Shown here: in pieces, positions 9,633-19,098 of the stretch | Numbering within the stretch: position 1 is the stretch's first letter | How the letters are laid out: the number at the start of each line of letters is the position of its first letter | Source: Candidatus Latescibacterota bacterium | GTDB lineage: Bacteria; Latescibacterota; UBA2968; UBA8231 | Length of the DNA: 64,000 nucleotides | Assembly (NCBI GenBank): GCA_965215195.1 | Contig: CBDCDC010000001.1 | Location: 768,001 to 832,000, forward strand | Direction: 5' to 3' | Notes under the pieces: generated by a model | What the model was told of the DNA's origin: nothing | The model's database searches: none | What the model saw: the letters and a program-made list of their open reading frames with translations, nothing else | Program-made: the position numbers and the translations under genes

Positions 9633-10970
9633 ATGACCACGCTCTACCGCGCCATCCTAGTCGCTGGCTTCATGGCCACCGCCAGCTTCGCCGACGTTGA
9701 CCCCCGGCGCATGCAGCGCGACATCCGCATTATGGAGGGGGTGCTTGGCAACTTACATCTCGACGCGCCTGATCCGACCTCCTCCTCTCGTGGTTTGTAC
9801 CTCGATGGCTACGGGGTTCTCTTTCTTCTCAAAGGATCATGGCCCAAGCAGGCGCATCCCGGCATAGGGTTCGCATGGGACGAAAAGGGCGTCAAGTTTA
9901 TTGAGTTGACATCGAGCGATCCCTCATCGGATGAGAAATCGCCGGCAGAAAGCCACGACCTACTCGCCGAATTTTTGGGCAACTACGCTGGCACCATCGG
10001 CCAGCTCGACCCAGACGACCGGATTACGGTCTGCTATCAGCGTCGTCCTCCAAGCGGCTTGGCAAGCGGCTTAAAAAATATCACCGATGGCTTTAGATTC
10101 GGTGCAAATTCCGCGTCTTTCGACCTTACTAAGCAAATCGAAGCTATTATGCCCACTAGGGAGGGATCCTTCGATTTTGAAAAATTAGTCCTGACCTTTG
10201 GGGATTCTGTGTCTTTCTTCGACACGGACGAGCAAGTCGCGGCGATAACCAGATTGAGGAAGCACTTAGAGGAAGCGGCAGTGGAAGAAGGTGAAGTCAA
10301 GGCGGCAGCCGTGGTGGTCGGAGTCAGAGACTCTTTGCTTGCCGACGTTGTGGAGGCCGATACGTCCTCTCACAGATCCATAGTCGCTATGGTCCATGGC
10401 CTTACTCCCCGGCACCACCGCACCACCGCTGATGTCTCTCTAGTCACTGCCACCGCCAAAAAATCTGCCATTGACGCCTTCCGCGAGGGACGTATAGACT
10501 CGGCCACCTTCCGCCAGCGCATCGCCTTTTCCGAACTCATGGACTCAAAAAAAATCGACATCATGGCTGGCATTCTCGACCAAGTCTCGGGGCACGATCA
10601 TCATCCCTTGGTTGGTACCCAACGCACTTTGGGGATGTATCAGCCAGATTTAGGTGTTCTGTTTCTCATTGGTGATTCGGTGTTCCGCTTCAGACCCCTA
10701 CTTCTCGACGATGTCAAGGCCAACATCGTCGAAGCCGTCGCCGACTACGGCGCGACCCTCAGCCAAGTCCAACCCGACGAGCACGTCATCGTCGAATATC
10801 GCACTGGTCGGACGACTTATCTTCTGCAGGACCTCGAACCCGAAATCGTCAAATATCACCCAGATCGGACTCATCTTCTGCAGGTCCCCAAGGCCGCCAT
10901 TGACGCCTACTCTCGCGGCGACTTGGACCTTGATACCTTCCGCAAAAAGGCGGTGTGGGAAACACGGTAA
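9633..10970 (+). CDS. Secreted hypothetical protein with internally duplicated N-/C-terminal domains
   Basis: Signal peptide (..ASFA); GLYLDGYGVLF vs GMYQPDLGVLF and AIDAF..G.ID..TFR vs AIDAY..G.LD..TFR; AGGAG RBS; third gene of the ECF operon. Confidence 0.75.
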   Translation: MTTLYRAILVAGFMATASFADVDPRRMQRDIRIMEGVLGNLHLDAPDPTSSSRGLYLDGYGVLFLLKGSWPKQAHPGIGFAWDEKGVKFIELTSSDPSSDEKSPAESHDLLAEFLGNYAGTIGQLDPDDRITVCYQRRPPSGLASGLKNITDGFRFGANSASFDLTKQIEAIMPTREGSFDFEKLVLTFGDSVSFFDTDEQVAAITRLRKHLEEAAVEEGEVKAAAVVVGVRDSLLADVVEADTSSHRSIVAMVHGLTPRHHRTTADVSLVTATAKKSAIDAFREGRIDSATFRQRIAFSELMDSKKIDIMAGILDQVSGHDHHPLVGTQRTLGMYQPDLGVLFLIGDSVFRFRPLLLDDVKANIVEAVADYGATLSQVQPDEHVIVEYRTGRTTYLLQDLEPEIVKYHPDRTHLLQVPKAAIDAYSRGDLDLDTFRKKAVWETR

Positions 10971-11173
10971 CTGACGTTACGCACGGAAGCCTTGGGTTTG
11001 AGATGCTGGTCACGCCTAAAGGCGCGATAGCTTGTCCTGAGCGCAGCCGAAGGAACAGGGCTCGCACGCTGCTTTCCCGTGCCATGCTGAGCCGCAACGC
11101 AGGGAAGGCGAAGCATCTCAAATCGGTTCACTGTGGCAAGGAGCCCCGACACCTGAACGGTGCGTAACGTCAG
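10971..11173. repeat. Structured MITE/REP-like element with 14-bp terminal inverted repeats
   Basis: CTGACGTTACGCAC (10971-10984) pairs with GTGCGTAACGTCAG (11160-11173); inner TTTGAGATGCT/AGCATCTCAAA pair; CTGAGCGCAGCCGAAGG REP-like core. Confidence 0.65.
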
Positions 11174-11390
11174 GCGATAAATAAAAAACTCGCCTGTAGT
11201 CTGTCGGGTATAGCCCACTATCGCCGGTTACTGCCGCAAAAAAATCCATCCCCATAAAAAACATCTATCGTGTACTTAGCTCGGGAGCTAAAGATGCCCT
11301 TAGCTAAAGTATATCTCTACCGCGCCTTTTTGGAGTAGATTGATCTATGTCTTCAATTTCTTTCGTGCTCCGCAATCTGCCCCATTTTTA

Positions 11391-11533
11391 GAAGCTGTTT
11401 CAAAACTAGCGTCGGGTCGCATCAAGGATCGTCAAGTGCCTTCGCATGGAGCATTTTTCATAGGGCGAGACGCTTTTGAGCCGACGCTTTTTCTTCACAC
11501 AAGGAACCGAATCCGGAGTTTTGGGACCACTTC
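11391..11533. mobile_element. 143-bp MITE with TA target duplication, upstream of cassette 1 promoter
   Basis: Absent at the homologous position of cassettes 2-4; ends GAAGCTGTTTCAAAACT / AGTTTTGGGACCACTTC (13/17 inverted match); TA at 11389-90 and 11534-35. Confidence 0.8.
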
Positions 11534-11552
11534 TAATTTTTTTGCTCTCCCT

Positions 11553-11587
11553 GTAAAACTTTTCTCCACCAACATCCGTCGTATAAT
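11553..11587 (+). promoter_or_regulatory. Cassette 1 ECF-type promoter
   Basis: GTAAAAC-N17-CGTC-GTATAAT. Confidence 0.65.
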
Positions 11588-11623
11588 GTGAAGATTACAA
11601 CAGCACATGCAGAGAGGTTTGCT

Positions 11624-12550
11624 ATGAAAACGCTAATGCTATTGTGTAGTGCGCTTATTATCGGCCTAAGTTCGCTATCCTCGCCGAGCCAAGCGCGAGA
11701 AGGGGGTTACGGCGGCTTTACTTACGAAAACATACAAGAGTTTTACGATTACATCCACGGCCAAGAGATGATTAAGGTCCAGACGGGCGAGGAGTTAGAT
11801 AAAGCGATCAACGCTATACCCATTAACTTGGAAACGGCCATAGACTTGGAGCAAGAGCGCGGCTTGAGGAACTGGTTGCGCCAATATCTCATAGCATTTT
11901 CCGAGTCGGGAAATGATAGCTTGGCGGCGGTCTTCTATCTGAGAGAGGGGTTTAATGAGGAACAATATAAGACTATAACGATAGCATGGGCTGAGGCTGC
12001 ACAGCAATACGCCCAAAGCTCAAACGTCGTCTTTCAGAACGATGACGGCAGCGCAATGACTGCCGAAGAGATAGAGAACATAGTTGAAAAGACTAGGGCG
12101 AATGTCGAGACGGATTTAATGGAACAGACTCCGATGTCCATATTTCGTTCAGAACATAGAAAGATACTTAGTTCTCTCAACAAAAAGTACTTCATAGAAA
12201 ACGTATCATTCCACGACAGCGAATTTAGGATATTCGAGCTAAACAAAGGGGATCAGATGTTCTTTAGCCTCGCAAAAAAGCGAGGTATGTTACCTAAGGG
12301 ATTTGAACGGTATCCTGTGGCACTAGAAGATCAACTTTCCGCCCTTTTAGAAACAGGGGAGAAAATTATCTGCATGGATATAATGTTCATTGTAGAAGAG
12401 CCGTCGGAATATGCATCTAACCCAACAGTGCCAGGACGCACACCGTCTTTTTTTCGCCTAATGTGGAATCGGGATAAGAAGCTGTGGCACCATTTGGAAG
12501 TATTCTATAGTCCTAGCGTACGAGAAAAGTACCTCTTTGACCGCTTGTGA
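11624..12550 (+). CDS. Secreted uncharacterised protein, paralog A1
   Basis: Signal peptide ending SQA; GAGG RBS; paralogous to 17582, 22388 and 27046. Confidence 0.85.
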   Translation: MKTLMLLCSALIIGLSSLSSPSQAREGGYGGFTYENIQEFYDYIHGQEMIKVQTGEELDKAINAIPINLETAIDLEQERGLRNWLRQYLIAFSESGNDSLAAVFYLREGFNEEQYKTITIAWAEAAQQYAQSSNVVFQNDDGSAMTAEEIENIVEKTRANVETDLMEQTPMSIFRSEHRKILSSLNKKYFIENVSFHDSEFRIFELNKGDQMFFSLAKKRGMLPKGFERYPVALEDQLSALLETGEKIICMDIMFIVEEPSEYASNPTVPGRTPSFFRLMWNRDKKLWHHLEVFYSPSVREKYLFDRL

Positions 12551-12712
12551 GAAAGAGATATTAAACGGTTTTATCGAGTTCAAGCCTATCTTAGGCTTGT
12601 ATAACCAACTTATTCCTATATTGGATAGGAATGAGTTTTCACCCCAACCCCAAGGAAGGATGTTACAATGAAGCGAAAACTGTCGAAAGTAGCCATCGGC
12701 CTCGTTGCCTTA

Positions 12713-13655
12713 GAGCCTATACGGAAATCATGTCAACCGTTCGACGATTTGAAAAATGATAAGCACCGAAGCGACCTGAATGAATGCTTCGTAATGGGTA
12801 CTCTTTTTCTCCCATCGGACCAACAGACGACGGAATCGATTATGCCAAGCATGGGTTCGTTCAACCACCCATCGACGAGCCGGATGTTTCTTTTGCGCGG
12901 GTATAGAGGCCTTGTCGGCTTGACTTTTCGCCAAGTGTAGGTGATAGTCGCGTTCCTCGACTCCTTCAATAACCTCGGCGTAGTCATAGCCTTTGTCCAG
13001 ACACAGATGGTGCAGCCGATAGACGACTTTCTTGGGTCTTTCCACGACGAGGCCATCCAACGTCGCCAGTGCTACCGTTTTGTCATGCGTATTGGCTGCG
13101 GTTACTTCCACGGCCAGCGGTGCGCCTCGCTGGTCGGTCAACACCGACCGTTTAGTGCCCTTTTTACCCCGATCGACCGGCGACGGACCGGTCGCTTCGC
13201 CGCCCAACGGCGCTTTGGTGATCACCCCATCGAGGGCTTGCCATTTCCAAGCAATGCCCACTTGCTTATCATAGTAGTGTAGCAGCGTCTGCCAAGCTCG
13301 GAGAAACACGCCTTGTTTCACCCACTGGCGGAACCGACCGTGGACGGTCGAGCCGGGTGCATAGGCTGCCCGCGGAATGGCCTGCCATTGGCAGCCGCTG
13401 CGCAACACAAAGATCATGGCGTCAAAAAGGACACGGTGGGGTGTGGGCGGACGTCCGACGGTGCCGGGTTGTTTTTCCGGACCCAGAATCGGGGCGATTA
13501 GATTCCACAAGGCATCCGGGGTATGCCAGATCGTGTCCGGCGAATCGGTCTTGGTGGCCATGGCTTTCTTCCTCTTGGTTGAGGGTCAAATGGTACGGAA
13601 AGCGTAGGTCGCCAAGACCTTTGTATCAACAAAAAATCAATTTTCGTATAGGCTC
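12713..13655 (-). mobile_element. IS5-family insertion sequence, 943 bp, TTA target duplication
   Basis: Terminal IRs GAGCCTATACG(G/A)AAAT; TTA at 12710-12 and 13656-58; encodes a transposase. Confidence 0.95.
12728..13561 (-). CDS. IS5-family DDE transposase
   Basis: VLRSGCQWQAIP, STVHGRFRQW, LDG, DKGYD, RWVVERTHAW..RFRRL..RWEK. Confidence 0.95.
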   Translation of the reverse strand: MATKTDSPDTIWHTPDALWNLIAPILGPEKQPGTVGRPPTPHRVLFDAMIFVLRSGCQWQAIPRAAYAPGSTVHGRFRQWVKQGVFLRAWQTLLHYYDKQVGIAWKWQALDGVITKAPLGGEATGPSPVDRGKKGTKRSVLTDQRGAPLAVEVTAANTHDKTVALATLDGLVVERPKKVVYRLHHLCLDKGYDYAEVIEGVEERDYHLHLAKSQADKASIPAQKKHPARRWVVERTHAWHNRFRRLLVRWEKKSTHYEAFIQVASVLIIFQIVERLT

Positions 13656-13820
13656 TTAGCAGTGCAATTTTTGCCGACTAAAGCAGAGGCGGCTGTGACG
13701 TGCGACTTGTACGTGAATGGGAAGTTGGTGAAATCCGTGACATGCGACGATGCTTGTCAGTATGAGATTACGCCTCCCTACGACGTTTATTGCGTATAGC
13801 TAGCTTGCTCGTCGCCATCT

Positions 13821-13857
13821 AAAAAGTGGGTGAGCCTTGGGCTTACCCACTTTTTTT
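13821..13857 (+). terminator. Rho-independent terminator-like hairpin after P1
   Basis: AAAAAGTGGGTGAGCC-TTG-GGCTTACCCACTTTTTTT. Confidence 0.8.
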
Positions 13858-14237
13858 GGTAATTAACCCATGTTGGAATCGCTCTCTGAAATCAGTCCCA
13901 CAGTCTCATTGTGTTGGCCAATAGCGGTACGAAAAGTAAGACCTATTTTTCGTACCCGGCATTGGTAGGGTCGACGTCGGTGTCATCCTACCACTATTGG
14001 CGTAAACTGTATCGACTCGAATCGCTTCGGCGAGTGGACTAGAACCTATCTGGAGCACCTCCGCATTCCATTCGATGAGCGAGCGCATCGGCTGTATCTG
14101 TTTACTCTTGGTGTCCCGTCCTATCGAAGCCCGCGCTATATGGGCTTTTCGCTGAAAACGACGCAGGTAGCAAAGTCGACGGTCAATCTACTGAGCACCA
14201 TTGGTTATATAACTCATTCCCACCTTGGAAAAGAGCC

Positions 14238-15761
14238 ATGATAAGAACCATATGGAAAAAAGAACTCATAGAGCAGCTAACTAGTCGGCGCTTTATCTAC
14301 TGTACCCTGATTATAGTGCCACTTATATGGGTCATAGGGCTGCTGCGAATAACAAGTTACGAAAAAGCATGGACAGAAAAGGATCGGATCGTCGCAGAAA
14401 TCGCCGACGAATTCCGCAAAATAGATGGATTCTCTGCGTTGCGGACTAAGGTCGTTCTCACTCCGAGTCCACTGGAAGTATTTGACCGGGGCGTCACTGA
14501 AAAAATGAGCTCCGTAGTGTCCATTAAGATATTTGAGATACCCTACGCTTCCGATATGAATACCCTATCAACCACCGGCAATCCTTTACTCGCCACAATC
14601 GGTGTGTTTGATGTCGTTCACGTCATCCAAATTTTTCTATCGCTGTTGGCCATTCTTCTGTCGTGCGAATCTATTTCAGGCGAAAAAGAAGAAGGTACCT
14701 TATCGCTGATGCTGACGATGAATGCCTCCAGAGTGCAGATCGTGACGGGTAAACTCCTCAGTGGCATTACGCTCCTCAACATACCTATTCTCTTGGGATT
14801 TCTCGGTCTCGCTATCTTTCTTGTCGCTTCCGGGCACGTACTGCTTACGGGGGAAGACTGGATAGGTCTCATCGGGATTTGGGTACTATCCCTGTTTTAC
14901 ATCGCCCTATTCTACCTGATTGGCCTAGCCATTTCGTGCTGTACGCACAACACCTCGACGAGCCTGATATACGGTCTGTTCACTTGGGCCTTTTTGGTGA
15001 TTGTCCTGCCGGGTAGCATTACGTTTTTCGTCAATCAGCAATTCCATCGGCAGGCGGACGCCCAAAAAACCAGGGCTGTGGAAGACGAACTGTGGCACGA
15101 GTACAGCCGACGAGCTAATGCCTTGGTGCGTACGGCGGGAATGGGCGACACCTACCTCCCACTATACTTGCTCAGTAATATGACTATGTCTGGGGGGTCT
15201 GCAAGTGACCCACAGTTTGGGATCGGACCGCTTAATGAGGACGCCCCTCTGGCCGACTTTCTGAACCTTCTGAGAACGGGTGAGAATTTACGCCTCCAGT
15301 ATGCCCAGAAAATCTGGAATGCTTGCAGTCCTCTTTGGGAGAGCCGGCCCCGGTCGCTCATCCGCCTGAACGACCAGTTGCAAAGAATAACGCCGGCAGG
15401 TGCCTATATAGAGGTTTCTGGCGGCCTAGCCGGTACGGATGCGGGTGTTTTTTACGACTTCCTCGATCAGGCTCGCCAGTACCGCAAGCAACTCTTGGAA
15501 TATCTAAGGGCGCACGACGCGTTTGGGAGTATGGATTATTTTTCTGGACAAAGAATGGTGATAATCGGCGAAGACGGCAAACCTATAGATAACAAAGGAA
15601 CACTCGACCCCAGCACTCTTCCAGCCTTTGAGGAACGCCGTGAGCCCTTTGCTCGTCGGCTAAGCAGAATTGCGCCGGGCTTTCTATCTTTATTTATCTA
15701 TGCGGGTCTGATGTGGCTTGCCGTAATAAGGCTCTTTTCTCGCTACGATGTTACGAGGTGA
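14238..15761 (+). CDS. ABC-2 type permease subunit B1 (large extracytoplasmic loops)
   Basis: IWKKEL, ESISGEKEEGTLSLML, multiple TM helices, FSRYDV C-terminus. Confidence 0.88.
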   Translation: MIRTIWKKELIEQLTSRRFIYCTLIIVPLIWVIGLLRITSYEKAWTEKDRIVAEIADEFRKIDGFSALRTKVVLTPSPLEVFDRGVTEKMSSVVSIKIFEIPYASDMNTLSTTGNPLLATIGVFDVVHVIQIFLSLLAILLSCESISGEKEEGTLSLMLTMNASRVQIVTGKLLSGITLLNIPILLGFLGLAIFLVASGHVLLTGEDWIGLIGIWVLSLFYIALFYLIGLAISCCTHNTSTSLIYGLFTWAFLVIVLPGSITFFVNQQFHRQADAQKTRAVEDELWHEYSRRANALVRTAGMGDTYLPLYLLSNMTMSGGSASDPQFGIGPLNEDAPLADFLNLLRTGENLRLQYAQKIWNACSPLWESRPRSLIRLNDQLQRITPAGAYIEVSGGLAGTDAGVFYDFLDQARQYRKQLLEYLRAHDAFGSMDYFSGQRMVIIGEDGKPIDNKGTLDPSTLPAFEERREPFARRLSRIAPGFLSLFIYAGLMWLAVIRLFSRYDVTR

Positions 15762-15773
15762 GATGAACAGACC

Positions 15774-17201
15774 ATGCTAACGACCATCATCAAACGAGAG
15801 TTCATCGAGCATATCCAAAGCCTGCGGTTCAGCCTTGCACTGGTGCTGTGCGTTAGCCTGATGGTGCTCAACGCGCTCGGCCTCGTCCACAGCACCTATC
15901 AGTTCGAGCGGGATGTGTATATAGAGAACATCGGACAGCAGCACCAAAAACTGCGTTCTAATGGTGCCACAGGCCTACAGCAGATACTAATCCAAGGCCC
16001 TGGGATGCTCTACAAGCAACCTAGTAAGCTGGCGTTTTGTGCCAGTTTCGCCGACAAGAAACTACCAAATAAAGTAGATGCCGTAGCGAAAAACCAAGGT
16101 ATGTGGGCTGGTTTCGATTGCAGTTTCTACTGGCCTTGGATTCTATCTTTTCCTGTCGAGTTAGAGGCGACTCCGCTCCGCTCCACCTTTATCACCATTG
16201 ACTGGGTCTTCATCATCGGCGTCTTGTTGAGCTTGGCCGCCCTCCTGTTCACTCACGACGCCATTGTCGGCGAAAAGGAGAGCGGCACCCTCAAGCTGGT
16301 CATGGCCAACAGCCTGCCGCGCCATACGCTGCTGTGGGGCAAGTTCTGGGGCCCCATGATGGTCCTGATCGGGGTGCTGCTGCTCGGCCTCACCCTGAAC
16401 CTGTTGATCGTCCTGATACTCGCCGACCTGTCGTTGAATATCTCCCACGCAGTGCGCATCGCCGCCATGGTTTTGATCTCTGTGGTCTATCTGGCGGGCT
16501 GTACCTCGCTGGGGCTGCTCATATCGGCTCGCAGTTCCAGTAGGAGGGGTAGTCTGACTACGGTACTCTTCGTCTGGGTGAGCATGGTCCTGCTGTGGCC
16601 GCAGATGGGAAAGGCCATTGCCGAGCTATTCTATGAAGATATACAGGAGGGAGACGCATACGGTCCTCTTCGACAGGAGGCTATGGACTTGGTAAGCAAG
16701 GAAGCGCGGGAGAAGGGTCATCTGCGCGATCAGGTGTTTATCAAAGAATTTTCGAGCATATTGCGGTCAGAACGTGCTCATCATCAAGAAATAGAAAGCA
16801 CCTTGCTGCGGCGACGGGTACAACAGGTCAGTTTAGCACAGAACATCGTCCGGCTCTCTCCCATGGGGCCTTACCAATACGCGATGGAAGCAATGGCGGG
16901 TACCGGCTTAGCACGGTATCAGCATTTCATCGCTCAAGCCCGGAGTTATGCACAGCGTTTTGAGGAAAACCTCCTCGCCATAGACCGGGCCGACTGGCGC
17001 AGCCTGCATATTCCGTTGGTCGTCAACGGACTGTCCGCTCAAAAGGTAGAGATAAATCAAGTGCCTGTATTCAAAGAAGACCTCTCCGCGGCGTCGTTGG
17101 CCGGCCCGGCAGTGGTCGACTTGGTTTTGCTGGGCTTCTTTGCAGTGTTCACCTATCTGGCCGCGTACTTGGTCTGGTTGCGTTCGTCTATTGTCGGTTA
17201 G
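15774..17201 (+). CDS. ABC-2 type permease subunit C1
   Basis: IIKREF, DAIVGEKESGTLKLVMANSLPR, TM helices. Confidence 0.88.
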   Translation: MLTTIIKREFIEHIQSLRFSLALVLCVSLMVLNALGLVHSTYQFERDVYIENIGQQHQKLRSNGATGLQQILIQGPGMLYKQPSKLAFCASFADKKLPNKVDAVAKNQGMWAGFDCSFYWPWILSFPVELEATPLRSTFITIDWVFIIGVLLSLAALLFTHDAIVGEKESGTLKLVMANSLPRHTLLWGKFWGPMMVLIGVLLLGLTLNLLIVLILADLSLNISHAVRIAAMVLISVVYLAGCTSLGLLISARSSSRRGSLTTVLFVWVSMVLLWPQMGKAIAELFYEDIQEGDAYGPLRQEAMDLVSKEAREKGHLRDQVFIKEFSSILRSERAHHQEIESTLLRRRVQQVSLAQNIVRLSPMGPYQYAMEAMAGTGLARYQHFIAQARSYAQRFEENLLAIDRADWRSLHIPLVVNGLSAQKVEINQVPVFKEDLSAASLAGPAVVDLVLLGFFAVFTYLAAYLVWLRSSIVG

Positions 17202-17330
17202 GGCTTACGTCTTATTGACCTCTGCATTTCTAATGGAATGGCGTTTCAACCTTGCTTCGCCTCAGATCGTATTCCTTTATCTATGCAGGTATCAATAAAG
17301 GTATTTTACCCGAAACGAAAGGCGTTGGTT

Positions 17331-17456
17331 ATGTTCCTGCTCATGCTTTTGTTGAGCGCCTACCCGATGGGAGCCCAGTTGCCCTCAGAAGTGGTACTGG
17401 ATTCGGTGTATAGCGGCCAAAATAGCACGCACTCGATTGCGTTCAAACCCACCACC
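17331..17456 (+). pseudogene. 5' stub (42 codons) of the DUF1573-like gene at a duplication junction
   Basis: Matches 28330-28455, then switches to the cassette upstream sequence. Confidence 0.85.
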
Positions 17457-17511
17457 TTCCCTTCTTTCGTGCTCCGCAATCTGCCCCATTTTTGCTTTTT
17501 TTGCTCTCCCT

Positions 17512-17546
17512 GTAAAACTTTTCTCCGCCAACATCCGTCGTATAAT
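17512..17546 (+). promoter_or_regulatory. Cassette 2 ECF-type promoter
   Basis: GTAAAAC-N17-CGTC-GTATAAT. Confidence 0.65.
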
Positions 17547-17581
17547 GTGAAGACTACAACAGCACATGCAGGAGGTTTGCT

Positions 17582-18571
17582 ATGAAAACGCTAATGCTAT
17601 TGTGTAGTGCGCTTGTTATCGGTCTAAGTTCGCTATCCTCGCCGAGCCAAGCGCGAGAAGGAGGGTATGGCGGCTTTACTCAAGAAGACATACAGGAGTT
17701 TAACAACTACCTAAACGGCCTTGCGATGATTAAGGTTCAAGTAGGCGAAGAGTTGGACCAAGCGATTGACGCTATACCCATTAACTTGGAAACGGCCATA
17801 GACTTGGAGCAAGAGCGCGGCTTGCGAGACTGGTTGCGCCAGTATCTGATTGCGTTTTCCGAGTCGGGCAATGATAGCTTGGCGGCGGCCTTTTATCTAA
17901 GGGCAGGATTTAACAAGTTTAACAAGGAAAGATATATAGCTCAAAATCTGAAATTCATTAATTTCGTCCGGGAAAATCCCCAAGCAAACGTCATCGTCCA
18001 AAGGCCAGACGGCACTACACTAACCAAAGAAGAAATAGAGAAATCAGCAAAAAAAAGGATTGATAATGTCAGAGCGAAAGCTGAGACCGCTTTGAAGGAA
18101 GGTGCATTACCTCTATTTCGTTCAATGCATAAAGATGCGCTAAGAAATCACAACAAGGAGTATTTTATAGAAAATGTATCGTTCCACGACAGTGGCTTTA
18201 GGGTGTTTGAGTTAGGGCAAGAGACTCCGACGTTTTTACGCCTAGCATCTGACCAAGGAATGTTACCTGGGGGATATATGTCTTATGAGACAGGACTAAG
18301 TGATAAACTTCCAGCACTTCTAGAGGCAGGGGAGAAGATCATCTGTGCGGATATATTCTTCATTGTAGAGGATCCACTACCAGTACCTAATCTAGTTCCT
18401 ACACTACCGCCAGAGTTTACACCTATTACACCTAATCCAGTTGGACCAAGACGCACACCATCATTTTTTCGTTTGATGTGGGACCAAGACAAGAAGATAT
18501 GGAATCACTTGGAAGTATTCTATACTTCTGGACTAGGAGTAGGAAATACCTACTTCTTTAATTTACTGTAA
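17582..18571 (+). CDS. Secreted uncharacterised protein, paralog A2
   Basis: GGAGG RBS; paralog of A1 with a Pro-rich insertion. Confidence 0.85.
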   Translation: MKTLMLLCSALVIGLSSLSSPSQAREGGYGGFTQEDIQEFNNYLNGLAMIKVQVGEELDQAIDAIPINLETAIDLEQERGLRDWLRQYLIAFSESGNDSLAAAFYLRAGFNKFNKERYIAQNLKFINFVRENPQANVIVQRPDGTTLTKEEIEKSAKKRIDNVRAKAETALKEGALPLFRSMHKDALRNHNKEYFIENVSFHDSGFRVFELGQETPTFLRLASDQGMLPGGYMSYETGLSDKLPALLEAGEKIICADIFFIVEDPLPVPNLVPTLPPEFTPITPNPVGPRRTPSFFRLMWDQDKKIWNHLEVFYTSGLGVGNTYFFNLL

Positions 18572-18594
18572 CCTTTTTATAGGAGGAAGTCTCT

Positions 18595-18810
18595 ATGAAG
18601 CGGCTATTCGTGCGAACGGCTATCGCCCTCGTCGGTATGACAACTTGGCTCTTGCCGAACCGAGCAAACGCCACTACGACGTGCGAGGTACCCTTGCCCA
18701 ACGGCTGGGTGGCAGTATGGCACTGCTCGAGCAGTCAGACGTGCGCGTGGTATATCGTTTGTCACGAAGACGACTGTTCTTCTTTTTCGCTATACTACGG
18801 CTGTGTATAG
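18595..18810 (+). CDS. Cys-rich secreted peptide P2 (71 aa, 6 Cys)
   Basis: AGGAGG RBS; signal peptide ending LPNRANA; core TTTCEVPLPNGWVAVWHCSSSQTCAWYIVCHEDDCSSFSLYYGCV. Confidence 0.88.
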   Translation: MKRLFVRTAIALVGMTTWLLPNRANATTTCEVPLPNGWVAVWHCSSSQTCAWYIVCHEDDCSSFSLYYGCV

Positions 18811-18831
18811 TACGTCCATATAGCAGAGACA

Positions 18832-18880
18832 AAGCCAGAAAGCAGGTACGCAAACATCGAGCGTACCTGCTTTCTGGCTT
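18832..18880 (+). terminator. 20-bp perfect stem-loop after P2
   Basis: AAGCCAGAAAGCAGGTACGC-9 nt-GCGTACCTGCTTTCTGGCTT. Confidence 0.75.
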
Positions 18881-19098
18881 ATATGAGCGTATAAGCCAGA
18901 TGGACAAAGGCCCGCTCCGCAACATCGATCTTTTCCATTCATAGCGTACGACCAATCGGCGGAATCCCCGTGTACGCGGGGGCAACCAACAACTCGATTT
19001 TGTAACGCCGTAATTTTCGATCATCTTGGTCGCGCCTAAAGGCGTGGTGAAGCCGCGTTTGGTCTTTCCATCCAAAGCCCCCCTTTTTAGCCCGGCAA

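Larger units (their letters stand above)
12668..13799 (+). pseudogene. Cys-rich secreted peptide P1 (61 aa), interrupted by IS5 element
   Basis: Joining 12668-12712 to 13659-13799 restores MKRKLSKVAIGLVALAVQFLPTKAEA-AVTCDLYVNGKLVKSVTCDDACQYEITPPYDVYCV*; syntenic with P2-P4. Confidence 0.88.

Noticed and set aside
12668-12940. 90-aa ORF in the track
   Set aside because: Chimera of the P1 leader reading into the IS; not a real gene
17238-17585. 115-aa ORF between C1 and A2
   Set aside because: Reads across the DUF1573 stub and promoter junction; duplication artefact
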